From assembly GCF_988242995.1 (NCBI RefSeq), contig NZ_OZ547043.1: a DNA stretch of 64,000 nucleotides; one strand, written 5' to 3'. Both the position numbers and the translations under genes were made by a program. A model generated the notes under the pieces. The model was not told where the DNA came from, ran no database searches, and saw only the letters and a program-made list of their open reading frames with translations. How positions within the stretch are numbered: the first letter of the stretch is position 1; every line of letters starts with the position of its first letter. Positions 23,921 to 37,652 of this stretch are shown in pieces.

Positions 23921-24249
23921 TAGCTCGCATCATCCGCAAAAAGAGCATCCAGTTTTTCCAGCTCAGCCAGAATAAGCGCGCGTTGCGGGTGGTCCGTCGC
24001 CAGCGCCATTTCATAATAGGGAGCAACGGCAAAAGCGCCCGGTAACGGCTGGTTGTTTTCTAACAAATCGTGCATTCGCGGGATCAGCACCCACTGCAAC
24101 CACTCCAGTGGTTCCATGGTGTCCATAAAGAACGGTTGGGTACTATTAAATTGATGCGGCTGGGGTTCATCGTTTCGCCAGTGCTGATGTTCACGCAGTA
24201 ACGCTTCAAGCGCCTGCAACTGGAAACGAACGCGGTCATGAGTGGTCAT
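23920..24249 (-). CDS. yqcC: DUF446-family protein
   Basis: 109-aa ORF with start overlapping the truC stop. Confidence 0.8.
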   Translation of the reverse strand: MTTHDRVRFQLQALEALLREHQHWRNDEPQPHQFNSTQPFFMDTMEPLEWLQWVLIPRMHDLLENNQPLPGAFAVAPYYEMALATDHPQRALILAELEKLDALFADDAS

Positions 24250-24293
24250 AAAGCAACCTCAATAAGAAAAACTGCCGCGAAGGATAGCAGGAA

Positions 24294-24660
24294 TAAAAAA
24301 AGGGAGCACTGTATTCACAGTGCTCCCGGTTCGTTTCGCAGCATTCCAGCTACTTTTGTTGCTCCCTGCTCATCCTTGACAACTTTTCCTCTGGCCTTGC
24401 GGCCAATCGTTCATCCTGAACTATTGCTTCCTGCTCACACCACCCCGATGTGATACTTCATCCTGAAGTGTCCCTGGCCTTCCTGACCCACCGAATCATC
24501 CTGACCGGTTCTCATTCTCCATCCTGGAGGTGTCCTTTAACGCGTCCTGCGTCATCCTCTTCGCTTCATCCAGAAGCCTTTCCCTGAAACACCATCCTGG
24601 TGTGTCCTTCAGAAGTGTCATCATCCTGATGTTCACTTCGTTGTCTGACTCCCTGTCGAC
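24294..24660 (-). ncRNA. csrB: CsrB small RNA (CsrA-sequestering), with 3' intrinsic terminator
   Basis: Minus strand begins gtcgacagggagtc and carries many CAGGA(U/A)G repeats (seen as catcctg on the + strand); ends in hairpin gggagcactgtgaatacagtgctccc plus U-run (24294-24327). Confidence 0.9.
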
Positions 24661-24833
24661 GAAGATAGAATCGTCTTTTTCGCGAAGTCTTACAAGGCGC
24701 TTACAGACAATGCCTTAAGGAAAATTTCATATGAAAGTTAAGGATTAACAAGCAATATATTGATTTTAAATGAAAATAACGATTCTTATCTTTTTAAGTA
24801 TTCGCTTATTTCCTGGCGATCTCCTACAGAGTC

Positions 24834-24851
24834 TGTAAGAGATCTCTCACA
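24834..24851. promoter_or_regulatory. UvrY/SirA binding box upstream of csrB
   Basis: tgtaagagatctctcaca is the exact reverse complement of TGTGAGAGATCTCTTACA, about 175-190 bp upstream of the csrB 5' end. Confidence 0.75.
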
Positions 24852-24870
24852 ACCAGATGGGGTATTTGGA

Positions 24871-25416
24871 TTACAGAAGAGGCTTAAGTTGATTAAGGAA
24901 TTCCGCAAGATTTGAGGCTAAATGCGCCCGTTTACGTGTTCCCAGCGTCTCTTTACACACTTCACCGGAGAGATTACACACCGAGATCACCTCTAACTCT
25001 TCTTCCAGCGTCGCGATAAATAGCGTGGGCGGCAATTTTAGCCTTTTCTGAGTCACCAGATGACCAATCAGATTTTCCTGCACCCGACGGAAGTCGTCTT
25101 CACTCCAGGTTTGCAGCAATGTCAGTTTAATATCGCCAAACTGCGCGTGCATATCCCCGGCAAACTGAGTCGTATAAAAGGTATGAATTGTGGGTTGTAT
25201 CACAATATCAAAAGCGCGTTCAACCGCGTTTACATTTTGTTCCCCGGTAAACGGCTGGGGTTGCCAGTATACGGCGTCTTCGGTGGTTGAAATAATGCAC
25301 GGTGAAGGAACGCCGTACAGTTCCTCACTCAACGGCCAGCTTTTATGCTCTTCATGCCACGCATCGCAGTAGCGTGCAGTAAAATCTTTCAGGGCTTGTG
25401 CGGTCAAATCGTCCAC
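24871..25416 (-). CDS. syd: SecY-interacting protein Syd
   Basis: 181-aa ORF in the K-12 position between csrB and queF. Confidence 0.85.
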   Translation of the reverse strand: MDDLTAQALKDFTARYCDAWHEEHKSWPLSEELYGVPSPCIISTTEDAVYWQPQPFTGEQNVNAVERAFDIVIQPTIHTFYTTQFAGDMHAQFGDIKLTLLQTWSEDDFRRVQENLIGHLVTQKRLKLPPTLFIATLEEELEVISVCNLSGEVCKETLGTRKRAHLASNLAEFLNQLKPLL

Positions 25417-25483
25417 TAATTTCTCTCTTCACTTAAACCAGATACACTTGTCGTTTAGTTTATCTGGTTTATGACGGTGAAAC

Positions 25484-26332
25484 ATGTCTTCTTATGCAAA
25501 CCATCAGGCACTTGCGGGCCTGACTCTTGGAAAATCAACCGATTACCGGGATACCTATGACGCCAGCCTACTGCAAGGCGTTCCGCGTAGTCTGAATCGC
25601 GATCCGCTGGGTCTGAAAGCGGATAACCTGCCTTTTCACGGTACGGATATCTGGACGCTATATGAACTTTCCTGGCTGAATGCGAAAGGTTTGCCGCAGG
25701 TCGCCGTCGGTCATGTTGAACTTGATTACACCAGCGCAAATCTGATTGAGTCGAAGAGTTTTAAGCTCTATCTCAACAGTTTTAACCAGACGCGTTTTAA
25801 TAACTGGGATGAGGTGCGCCAGACGCTGGAGCGCGACTTAAGCACTTGCGCTCAGGGTAAGGTTAGCGTGGCGTTATATCGTCTTGATGAACTGGAAGGC
25901 CAACCGATAGGTCATTTCAATGGCACTTGCATTGATGACCAGGATATCACTATCGATAACTATGAATTCACTACTGACTATCTGGAGAATGCCACCAGTG
26001 GAGAAAAAGTAGTAGAAGAGACGCTCGTCAGCCACCTGCTGAAATCAAATTGCCTGATCACCCATCAACCAGATTGGGGATCGATCCAAATTCAGTATCG
26101 TGGACGCCAAATTGACAGAGAAAAACTGCTGCGTTACCTGGTTTCTTTCCGTCATCACAACGAGTTCCACGAACAGTGCGTGGAACGCATCTTTAATGAC
26201 CTGTTACGCTTCTGCCAGCCAGAGAAATTGAGCGTTTACGCACGTTATACCCGTCGTGGCGGTCTGGACATTAACCCGTGGCGCAGTAATAGCGATTTTG
26301 TCCCATCGACCACAAGACTGGTTCGGCAATAA
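25484..26332 (+). CDS. queF: NADPH-dependent 7-cyano-7-deazaguanine reductase
   Basis: 282-aa two-domain QueF-type ORF. Confidence 0.9.
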
Positions 26333-26443
26333 ATTTTTTCTCAATTTTGCGTGCTGGATTCACGCAGAAGGTTGTGAAAGGTCATCAGGCAGGGCTATTG
26401 TAATCAAAGGGAATGACGATATTCGTCCCATAAGGAGTTTTTC

Positions 26444-27808
26444 TTGATTACACATATTAGCCCGCTTGGCTCCATGGATATGTTGTCGCAGCTGGAAGTG
26501 GATATGCTTAAACGCACCGCCAGCAGCGACCTCTATCAACTGTTTCGCAACTGTTCACTTGCCGTACTGAACTCCGGTAGTTTGACCGATAACAGCAAAG
26601 AATTGCTGTCTCGTTTTGAAAATTTCGATATTAACGTCCTGCGCCGTGAACGCGGCGTAAAGCTGGAACTGATTAATCCCCCGGAAGAGGCTTTTGTCGA
26701 TGGGCGAATTATTCGCGCTTTGCAGGCCAACTTGTTCGCGGTTCTGCGTGACATTCTCTTCGTTTACGGGCAAATCCATAACACCGTTCGTTTTCCCAAC
26801 CTGAATCTCGACAACTCCGTCCACATCACTAACCTGGTCTTTTCCATCTTGCGTAACGCTCGCGCGCTGCATGTTGGTGAAGCGCCAAATATGGTGGTCT
26901 GCTGGGGCGGGCACTCAATTAACGAAAACGAGTATTTGTATGCCCGTCGCGTAGGGAATCAGCTGGGCCTGCGTGAGCTGAATATCTGCACCGGCTGTGG
27001 TCCGGGAGCGATGGAAGCGCCGATGAAAGGCGCTGCGGTCGGACACGCACAGCAGCGTTACAAAGACAGTCGTTTTATTGGTATGACAGAGCCGTCGATT
27101 ATCGCCGCTGAACCGCCTAACCCGCTGGTCAACGAATTGATCATCATGCCGGATATCGAAAAACGTCTGGAAGCGTTTGTCCGTATCGCTCACGGTATCA
27201 TTATCTTCCCTGGCGGTGTGGGTACGGCAGAAGAGTTGCTGTATTTGCTGGGAATTTTAATGAACCCGGCCAACAAAGATCAGGTTTTACCATTGATCCT
27301 CACCGGCCCGAAAGAGAGCGCCGACTACTTCCGCGTACTGGACGAGTTTGTCGTGCATACGTTGGGTGAAAACGCGCGCCGCCATTACCGCATCATCATT
27401 GATGACGCCGCTGAAGTCGCTCGTCAGATGAAAAAATCGATGCCGCTGGTGAAAGAAAATCGCCGCGACACAGGCGATGCCTACAGCTTTAACTGGTCAA
27501 TGCGCATTGCGCCAGATTTGCAAATGCCGTTTGAGCCGTCTCACGAGAATATGGCTAATCTGAAGCTTTACCCGGATCAACCCGTTGAAGTGCTGGCTGC
27601 CGACCTGCGCCGTGCGTTCTCCGGTATTGTGGCGGGTAACGTAAAAGAAGTCGGTATTCGCGCCATTGAAGAGTTTGGTCCTTATAAAATCAACGGCGAT
27701 AAAGAGATTATGCGTCGTATGGATGACCTGCTACAGGGTTTTGTTGCCCAGCATCGTATGAAGTTGCCAGGCTCAGCCTACATCCCTTGCTACGAAATCT
27801 GCACGTAA
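26444..27808 (+). CDS. ppnN: LOG-family nucleotide 5'-monophosphate nucleosidase
   Basis: 454-aa ORF with LOG motif region ([10 protein letters not shown]). Confidence 0.85.
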
Positions 27809-28364
27809 TCTCCCCTCCCCCGGTGACGTTTGTTGCCGGGTTTTCTCGTTTTTGGTCACTTACTCATCAACTCATTTCATTTGTTATATGAATGTTTCTT
27901 ACCACCCTCACGCAACAAATATCATCACAGTTAATATGTCATACAATTTATATTGCAACGCAAACGTTTCCCTATTTTCATAAACCACATTTTATCGCTA
28001 TGAAAAAGAAATTATCGCCATGATTAACTAAAAGTATTGATTTTTTCAGTTCAACCTACATATATTGCGCGCCCCGGAAGAAGTCAGATGTCGTTTAATG
28101 GGCAAATATTGCCCTTAAATTCTCTTTTACTTTTGATTTACAGAGTAAAGCGTTGGGATAATCTATCTTCCAAGTAGATTATTGTATTTGGGATCAAGAT
28201 CACTGATAGATACATAACTTGTGTGTATCTTTCCGCCCTCAAATTATTACGGCGGTAAATGATTAAGCCATCGCCGATAGACAGATTTCATTTTTACGGT
28301 CAGGCACCTTCCCGGGCTGAACTGGCTAAAAGCTGAATTATTTGCATTCCTCCAGGAGAAATAG

Positions 28365-29654
28365 ATGGAAACGACTCAAACCAGCACGATTGCGTCGAAA
28401 GACTCTCGTAGTGCCTGGCGCAAGACAGACACCATGTGGATGCTGGGCCTTTACGGCACGGCAATCGGCGCGGGCGTGCTGTTCCTGCCAATCAACGCCG
28501 GTGTTGGCGGTATGATCCCGCTGATCATCATGGCTATCCTTGCGTTCCCGATGACATTTTTTGCTCACCGCGGTCTGACTCGCTTCGTACTGTCTGGTAA
28601 AAACCCGGGCGAAGACATCACCGAGGTTGTAGAAGAACACTTTGGTATTGGCGCAGGTAAACTGATTACCCTGCTCTACTTCTTCGCTATCTACCCGATC
28701 CTGCTGGTTTATAGCGTGGCAATCACCAATACAGTTGAAAGCTTCATGTCTCACCAGCTGGGTATGACACCACCGCCGCGTGCGATTCTGTCGCTGATCC
28801 TGATCGTGGGTATGATGACCATCGTTCGCTTCGGTGAGCAGATGATCGTTAAAGCGATGAGTATTCTGGTATTCCCGTTTGTTGGCGTACTGATGCTGCT
28901 GGCTCTGTACCTGATCCCGCAGTGGAACGGCGCAGCACTGGAAACGCTGTCTCTGGACACTGCATCGGCAACCGGAAACGGTCTGTGGATGACCCTGTGG
29001 CTGGCAATTCCGGTAATGGTGTTCTCGTTCAACCACTCTCCGATCATCTCTTCTTTCGCTGTTGCGAAGCGTGAAGAGTACGGCGATATGGCAGAACAGA
29101 AATGCTCGAAGATCCTGGCATTCGCACACATCATGATGGTGTTGACCGTAATGTTCTTCGTATTCAGCTGCGTACTGAGCCTGACTCCAGCAGACCTGGC
29201 TGCGGCTAAAGAGCAGAACATCTCAATTCTGTCTTACCTGGCTAACCACTTTAACGCACCGGTTATCGCGTGGATGGCTCCGATTATCGCGATTATCGCT
29301 ATCACCAAATCCTTCCTCGGCCACTACCTGGGCGCACGTGAAGGCTTCAACGGTATGGTGATTAAATCTCTGCGTGGTAAAGGTAAGTCTATCGAAATCA
29401 ACAAGCTGAACCGTATCACTGCGCTGTTCATGCTGGTAACGACCTGGATTGTTGCCACCCTGAACCCGAGCATCCTGGGTATGATTGAAACCCTGGGCGG
29501 CCCAATCATCGCGATGATCCTGTTCCTGATGCCGATGTACGCAATTCAGAAAGTACCGGCAATGCGTAAGTACAGCGGTCACATCAGCAACGTATTCGTT
29601 GTCGTGATGGGTCTGATTGCAATCTCCGCAATCTTCTACTCTCTGTTCAGCTAA
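28365..29654 (+). CDS. sdaC: Serine:H+ symporter
   Basis: 429-aa hydrophobic ORF followed by L-serine dehydratase. Confidence 0.9.
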   Translation: METTQTSTIASKDSRSAWRKTDTMWMLGLYGTAIGAGVLFLPINAGVGGMIPLIIMAILAFPMTFFAHRGLTRFVLSGKNPGEDITEVVEEHFGIGAGKLITLLYFFAIYPILLVYSVAITNTVESFMSHQLGMTPPPRAILSLILIVGMMTIVRFGEQMIVKAMSILVFPFVGVLMLLALYLIPQWNGAALETLSLDTASATGNGLWMTLWLAIPVMVFSFNHSPIISSFAVAKREEYGDMAEQKCSKILAFAHIMMVLTVMFFVFSCVLSLTPADLAAAKEQNISILSYLANHFNAPVIAWMAPIIAIIAITKSFLGHYLGAREGFNGMVIKSLRGKGKSIEINKLNRITALFMLVTTWIVATLNPSILGMIETLGGPIIAMILFLMPMYAIQKVPAMRKYSGHISNVFVVVMGLIAISAIFYSLFS

Positions 29655-29662
29655 GTCCTTTC

Positions 29663-29700
29663 GCGCCGCTTTCGGGCGGCGCTTCCTCCGTTTTAACGCG
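29663..29700 (+). terminator. Hairpin plus T-tract between sdaC and sdaB
   Basis: gcgccgc-tttcgg-gcggcgc followed by ttcctccgtttt. Confidence 0.4.
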
Positions 29701-29711
29701 ATGTATTTCCT

Positions 29712-31945
<2,234 letters not shown>

Positions 31946-31949
31946 CGGC

Positions 31950-32035
31950 GTGCCGGATGCAAACGATTATCAACACATTGAATTTAATGAACTTATACGC
32001 CGGATAAGACGCAGCTAGCGTCGCATCCGGCATTA
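31950..32035. repeat. REP (repetitive extragenic palindromic) elements between xni and fucO
   Basis: gccggataagacgcagctagcgtcgcatccggca and a second gccggatgc unit. Confidence 0.7.
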
Positions 32036-32049
32036 TCACATCAGCGCAT

Positions 32050-33198
32050 TTACCAGGCGGTATGGTAAAGCTCTACAATATCCTCAAGCGTTGCTTCACG
32101 CGGGTTGCCACCGGTACAAACATCATCCAGTGCCGCCTGCGCCAGTGCCGGAATGTCTTCCTTGCGTACCCCAACATCACGCAAATGTGGCGGAATACCG
32201 ACATCACGGTTGAGAGCAAACACCGCTTCAACAGCGGCATTACGCGCCTCTTCCAGGCTCATACCTTCCACTTTCACGCCCATAACGCGCGCGATATCGC
32301 GGTACTTCTCACCGGTAAAGTCAGCGTTATAGCGCATGACATGCGGTAACAGGATGGCGTTCGCAACACCGTGTGGAGTGTTATAAAACGCGCCCAGTGG
32401 ATGCGCCATACCATGCACCAACCCTAACCCAACATTCGAGAAGCCCATACCCGCAACATACTGCCCGAGCGCCATTTCTTCTCCGGCATCCTTATCACCA
32501 GCAACCGATCCTCGCAGCGCCCCAGCAATGATTTCAATCGCTTTAATGTGCAGTGCATCGGTTAGCGCCCACGCGCCACGGGTAATATACCCCTCAATAG
32601 CATGAGTGAGCGCATCGACACCCGTCGCAGCTTTCAGCGCTGGAGGCATACCATCCATCATGTCAGCGTCAATAAACGCCACCTGCGGGATATCATGCGG
32701 ATCAACGCAAACAAACTTGCGCCGTTTCTCTTCGTCAGTGATCACGTAGTTAATGGTCACTTCTGCCGCAGTGCCTGCTGTGGTGGGGATTGCCAGAATC
32801 GGTACACTGGGTTTATTGGTCGGGGAAAGCCCTTCCAGGCTACGCACATCGGCAAACTCCGGGTTGTTGCTGATAATGCCAATCGCTTTACAAGTATCCT
32901 GTGGAGAACCACCACCAATAGCGATCAGGTAATCCGCGCCGCTATTCTGGAATACACCGAGCCCTTCTTTGACGACAGTAATTGTTGGGTTGGGCACTAC
33001 GCCGTCGTAAATCGCCCATGCCAGCCCTGCAGCATCCATCTTATCGGTCACTTTCGCCACCACGCCGCATTGCACCAGCGTTTTATCGGTGACGATCAGC
33101 GCCTTCTGATAACCACGGCGTTTCACCTCATCGGTTAAAGCCCCAACAGCACCCCGACCAAACCATGCCGTTTCGTTCAGAATCATTCTGTTAGCCAT
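32050..33198 (-). CDS. fucO: L-1,2-propanediol oxidoreductase (lactaldehyde reductase)
   Basis: Iron-containing alcohol dehydrogenase family ORF; start taken at the second Met (MANRMILNE). Confidence 0.9.
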   Translation of the reverse strand: MANRMILNETAWFGRGAVGALTDEVKRRGYQKALIVTDKTLVQCGVVAKVTDKMDAAGLAWAIYDGVVPNPTITVVKEGLGVFQNSGADYLIAIGGGSPQDTCKAIGIISNNPEFADVRSLEGLSPTNKPSVPILAIPTTAGTAAEVTINYVITDEEKRRKFVCVDPHDIPQVAFIDADMMDGMPPALKAATGVDALTHAIEGYITRGAWALTDALHIKAIEIIAGALRGSVAGDKDAGEEMALGQYVAGMGFSNVGLGLVHGMAHPLGAFYNTPHGVANAILLPHVMRYNADFTGEKYRDIARVMGVKVEGMSLEEARNAAVEAVFALNRDVGIPPHLRDVGVRKEDIPALAQAALDDVCTGGNPREATLEDIVELYHTAW

Positions 33199-33225
33199 CA
33201 TCCTTCTCCTTGTTGCTTTACGAAA

Positions 33226-33873
33226 TTACTCTTCAATCCGTAACCCATAGGTTTTGAATTTCTCCAGCACTACGGCAATCTCTTCATCGCTCAGCACTGG
33301 CACCGGGTCCGTAATCGCCAGGGTCGTCAGGTAAAGTTGCGCCAGCACTTCAACTTCATGCGCCAGCCATAACGCTTTTTCCAGATTCACCTCACAAGCG
33401 ATAAGCCCATGATGTTGTAACAAAGTTGCCTTACGATTTTTGAGAGCCAGCGCAACATGTTCAGAAAGTTCGCGTGTTCCAAAGGTCGCATAAGGCGCGC
33501 AAGGAATAGAATTACCGCCAGCCGCCGCAATCATGTAGTGAATAGCGGGGATCGGTCGGTTAAGAATGGAAACTGCTGTGCAATGAACGGCATGATTGTG
33601 AACAACCGCGTTGGCATCCGGTCTGCTTTGATAGGCCGCCATATGGAAACGCCATTCGCTTGAGGGGAGCTTTCCTTCCTCATGTTTACCGTTGCCATCA
33701 ATAAAGACAATATGCGACTCCGTCAGTTTTTCATATGGAATACCTGTAGGCGTAATCAGCATCCCATCCTGATAACGTACACTGACGTTACCCGCTGTCC
33801 CCTGGTTCAGTCCCAGGCGGGTCATTTCCAGGCAAGTGTCAATAATCTGACGAGCAAGTTTATTTCGTTCCAT
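33226..33873 (-). CDS. fucA: L-fuculose-phosphate aldolase
   Basis: 215-aa class II aldolase ORF. Confidence 0.95.
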   Translation of the reverse strand: MERNKLARQIIDTCLEMTRLGLNQGTAGNVSVRYQDGMLITPTGIPYEKLTESHIVFIDGNGKHEEGKLPSSEWRFHMAAYQSRPDANAVVHNHAVHCTAVSILNRPIPAIHYMIAAAGGNSIPCAPYATFGTRELSEHVALALKNRKATLLQHHGLIACEVNLEKALWLAHEVEVLAQLYLTTLAITDPVPVLSDEEIAVVLEKFKTYGLRIEE

Positions 33874-34059
33874 TAGCTACCTCTCTCTGATTCAAAACAG
33901 GGCAATAATGTTGTTCCTTTCACACTATTGAATTAGCCGTTTAATTACCCACCATCTTCTTCCTGATTAACCAGAAAGAAATTCACAAGCTTATATTTTG
34001 TGACCTGGTTCAACTAATCATAGTAAATAACTGCAAGTTCTCTTTTTATAACCCTATTA

Positions 34060-34101
34060 AAAATGACCGCTCTTAAAAATATTTATCAAAACGGTCATTT
34101 T
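34060..34101. promoter_or_regulatory. 10-bp inverted repeat in the fucAO / fucPIKUR divergent control region
   Basis: aaaatgaccg-N22-cggtcatttt read from sequence; related cggtca / gaccg half-sites recur nearby. Candidate FucR operator. Confidence 0.3.
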
Positions 34102-34419
34102 TCCATTCCCCCTCGCCAGAAATGCCCGTTTTCGGCACAAACAATTAATACGGTCATCGGGTTTGTGTTTTTTATGATTTATTTTCTGAAACGGGCATGA
34201 AATTTCGATTATTAAAGTGATGGTAGTCACATAAAGTCACCTCCCAGCTAATAAGTGTGACCGCCGTCATATTACAGAGCGTTTTTTATTTGAAAATGAA
34301 TCCATGAGTTCATTTCTGACAGGCAAATATTCACTGATATGAAGCCCGAACTCGCTGGTTTTGCACTTTTGAAAACATAACCGATTACGTGCTTAAGCTT
34401 CTGAACCTAAGAGGATGCT

Positions 34420-35736
34420 ATGGGAAACACATCAATACAAACGCAGAGTTACCGTGCGGTAGATAAAGATGCAGGGCAAAGCAGAAGTTACATTATTCCA
34501 TTCGCGCTGCTGTGCTCACTGTTTTTTCTTTGGGCGGTAGCCAATAACCTTAACGACATTTTATTACCTCAATTCCAGCAGGCTTTTACGCTGACAAATT
34601 TCCAGGCTGGCCTGATCCAATCGGCCTTTTACTTTGGTTATTTCATTATCCCAATCCCTGCTGGGATATTGATGAAAAAACTCAGTTATAAAGCAGGGAT
34701 TATTACCGGATTATTTTTATATGCCTTGGGCGCTGCATTATTCTGGCCCGCTGCAGAAATAATGAACTACACCTTATTTTTAGTTGGCCTATTTATTATT
34801 GCAGCCGGATTAGGTTGTCTGGAAACTGCCGCAAACCCTTTTGTTACGGTATTAGGGCCGGAAAGCAGTGGTCACTTCCGCTTAAATCTTGCGCAAACAT
34901 TTAACTCGTTTGGCGCAATTATCGCGGTTGTCTTTGGGCAAAGTCTTATTTTGTCTAACGTGCCACATCAATCGCAAGACGTTCTCGATAAAATGTCTCC
35001 AGAGCAATTGAGTGCGTATAAACACAGCCTGGTATTATCGGTACAGACACCTTATATGATCATCGTGGCTATCGTGTTACTGGTCGCCCTGCTGATCATG
35101 CTGACGAAATTCCCGGCATTGCAGAGTGATAATCACAGTGACGCCAAACAAGGATCGTTCTCCGCATCGCTTTCTCGTCTGGCGCGTATTCGTCACTGGC
35201 GCTGGGCGGTATTAGCGCAATTCTGCTATGTCGGCGCACAAACGGCCTGCTGGAGCTATTTGATTCGCTACGCTGTAGAAGAAATTCCAGGTATGACTGC
35301 AGGCTTTGCCGCTAACTATTTAACCGGAACCATGGTGTGCTTCTTTATTGGTCGTTTCACCGGTACCTGGCTCGTCAGTCGCTTCGCACCACACAAAGTC
35401 CTGGCCGCCTACGCATTAATCGCTATGGCACTGTGCCTGATCTCAGCCTTCGCTGGCGGTCATGTGGGCTTAATAGCCCTGACTTTATGCAGTGCCTTTA
35501 TGTCGATTCAGTACCCAACAATCTTCTCGCTGGGCATTAAAAATCTCGGCCAGGACACCAAATACGGTTCGTCCTTCATCGTTATGACCATTATTGGCGG
35601 CGGTATTGTCACTCCGGTCATGGGTTTTGTCAGTGACGCTGCGGGCAACATCCCCACTGCCGAACTGATCCCGGCACTCTGCTTCGCAGTCATCTTTATC
35701 TTTGCCCGTTTCCGTTCTCAAACGGCAACTAACTGA
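34420..35736 (+). CDS. fucP: L-fucose:H+ symporter
   Basis: 438-aa MFS ORF. Confidence 0.95.
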   Translation: MGNTSIQTQSYRAVDKDAGQSRSYIIPFALLCSLFFLWAVANNLNDILLPQFQQAFTLTNFQAGLIQSAFYFGYFIIPIPAGILMKKLSYKAGIITGLFLYALGAALFWPAAEIMNYTLFLVGLFIIAAGLGCLETAANPFVTVLGPESSGHFRLNLAQTFNSFGAIIAVVFGQSLILSNVPHQSQDVLDKMSPEQLSAYKHSLVLSVQTPYMIIVAIVLLVALLIMLTKFPALQSDNHSDAKQGSFSASLSRLARIRHWRWAVLAQFCYVGAQTACWSYLIRYAVEEIPGMTAGFAANYLTGTMVCFFIGRFTGTWLVSRFAPHKVLAAYALIAMALCLISAFAGGHVGLIALTLCSAFMSIQYPTIFSLGIKNLGQDTKYGSSFIVMTIIGGGIVTPVMGFVSDAAGNIPTAELIPALCFAVIFIFARFRSQTATN

Positions 35737-35768
35737 ACATATTTTCCGAATAAAGTGAGGAATCAGTA

Positions 35769-37544
35769 ATGAAAAAAATCAGCTTACCGAAAATTGGTAT
35801 CCGCCCGGTTATTGACGGTCGTCGCATGGGTGTTCGTGAGTCGCTTGAAGAACAAACAATGAATATGGCGAAAGCTACGGCCGCACTGCTGACCGAGAAA
35901 CTGCGCCATGCCTGCGGAGCTGCCGTCGAGTGTGTCATTTCCGATACCTGTATCGCGGGTATGGCTGAAGCCGCTGCTTGCGAAGAAAAATTCAGCAGCC
36001 AGAATGTAGGCCTCACCATTACGGTAACGCCTTGCTGGTGCTATGGCAGTGAAACCATCGACATGGATCCAACCCGCCCGAAAGCCATTTGGGGCTTTAA
36101 CGGCACTGAACGCCCCGGCGCTGTTTACCTGGCTGCGGCTCTGGCAGCTCACAGCCAGAAAGGCATCCCGGCATTCTCCATTTACGGTCATGACGTTCAG
36201 GATGCCGATGACACATCGATTCCTGCTGATGTTGAAGAAAAACTGCTGCGCTTTGCCCGCGCCGGTTTGGCCGTCGCCAGCATGAAAGGTAAAAGCTATC
36301 TGTCGCTGGGCGGCGTTTCGATGGGTATCGCCGGTTCCATTGTTGATCACAACTTCTTTGAATCCTGGCTGGGAATGAAAGTCCAGGCGGTGGATATGAC
36401 CGAACTGCGTCGCCGTATCGATCAGAAGATTTACGACGAAGCCGAACTGGAAATGGCGCTGGCCTGGGCTGATAAAAACTTCCGCTATGGCGAAGATGAA
36501 AATAACAAACAGTATCAACGTAATGCCGAGCAAAGCCGCGCTGTTCTGCGCGAAAGTTTACTGATGGCGATGTGTATCCGCGACATGATGCAAGGCAACA
36601 GCAAACTGGCCGATATTGGTCGCGTGGAAGAATCACTTGGCTACAACGCCATCGCTGCGGGCTTCCAGGGGCAACGTCACTGGACCGATCAATATCCCAA
36701 TGGCGACACCGCCGAAGCGATCCTTAACAGTTCATTTGACTGGAATGGCGTGCGCGAACCCTTTGTCGTGGCGACCGAAAACGACAGTCTTAACGGCGTG
36801 GCAATGCTAATGGGTCACCAGCTCACTGGTACCGCTCAGGTATTTGCCGATGTGCGTACCTACTGGTCACCAGAAGCAATTGAGCGTGTAACGGGGCATA
36901 AACTGGACGGACTGGCAGAACACGGCATCATCCATTTGATCAACTCCGGTTCTGCTGCGCTGGACGGTTCCTGTAAACAACGCGACAGCGAAGGTAACCC
37001 GACGATGAAGCCGCACTGGGAAATCTCTCAGCAAGAGGCTGACGCTTGCCTCGCCGCTACCGAATGGTGCCCGGCGATCCACGAATACTTCCGTGGCGGC
37101 GGTTACTCTTCTCGCTTCCTTACCGAAGGCGGCGTCCCGTTCACTATGACTCGAGTCAACATCATCAAAGGCCTGGGACCGGTACTGCAAATCGCGGAAG
37201 GCTGGAGCGTGGAATTGCCGAAGGATGTGCATGACATCCTCAACAAACGCACCAACTCAACCTGGCCAACCACCTGGTTTGCACCGCGCCTCACCGGTAA
37301 AGGGCCGTTTACGGATGTGTACTCGGTAATGGCGAACTGGGGCGCTAACCACGGGGTTCTGACCATCGGCCACGTTGGCGCAGACTTTATCACTCTTGCC
37401 TCCATGCTGCGTATCCCGGTATGTATGCACAACGTTGAAGAGACCAAAGTGTATCGTCCTTCTGCCTGGGCCGCGCACGGCATGGATATTGAAGGCCAGG
37501 ATTACCGCGCTTGCCAGAACTACGGCCCGTTGTACAAGCGTTAA
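35769..37544 (+). CDS. fucI: L-fucose isomerase
   Basis: 591-aa ORF. Confidence 0.95.
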   Translation: MKKISLPKIGIRPVIDGRRMGVRESLEEQTMNMAKATAALLTEKLRHACGAAVECVISDTCIAGMAEAAACEEKFSSQNVGLTITVTPCWCYGSETIDMDPTRPKAIWGFNGTERPGAVYLAAALAAHSQKGIPAFSIYGHDVQDADDTSIPADVEEKLLRFARAGLAVASMKGKSYLSLGGVSMGIAGSIVDHNFFESWLGMKVQAVDMTELRRRIDQKIYDEAELEMALAWADKNFRYGEDENNKQYQRNAEQSRAVLRESLLMAMCIRDMMQGNSKLADIGRVEESLGYNAIAAGFQGQRHWTDQYPNGDTAEAILNSSFDWNGVREPFVVATENDSLNGVAMLMGHQLTGTAQVFADVRTYWSPEAIERVTGHKLDGLAEHGIIHLINSGSAALDGSCKQRDSEGNPTMKPHWEISQQEADACLAATEWCPAIHEYFRGGGYSSRFLTEGGVPFTMTRVNIIKGLGPVLQIAEGWSVELPKDVHDILNKRTNSTWPTTWFAPRLTGKGPFTDVYSVMANWGANHGVLTIGHVGADFITLASMLRIPVCMHNVEETKVYRPSAWAAHGMDIEGQDYRACQNYGPLYKR

Positions 37545-37652
37545 TACATTACTCCCTGATGTGATGCCCGGTCGCTCCGGCTACCGGGCCTGAACAAGCA
37601 AGAGTGGTTAGCCGGATAAACAATGTTATCCGGCTATATTGCAGGAGCGATT

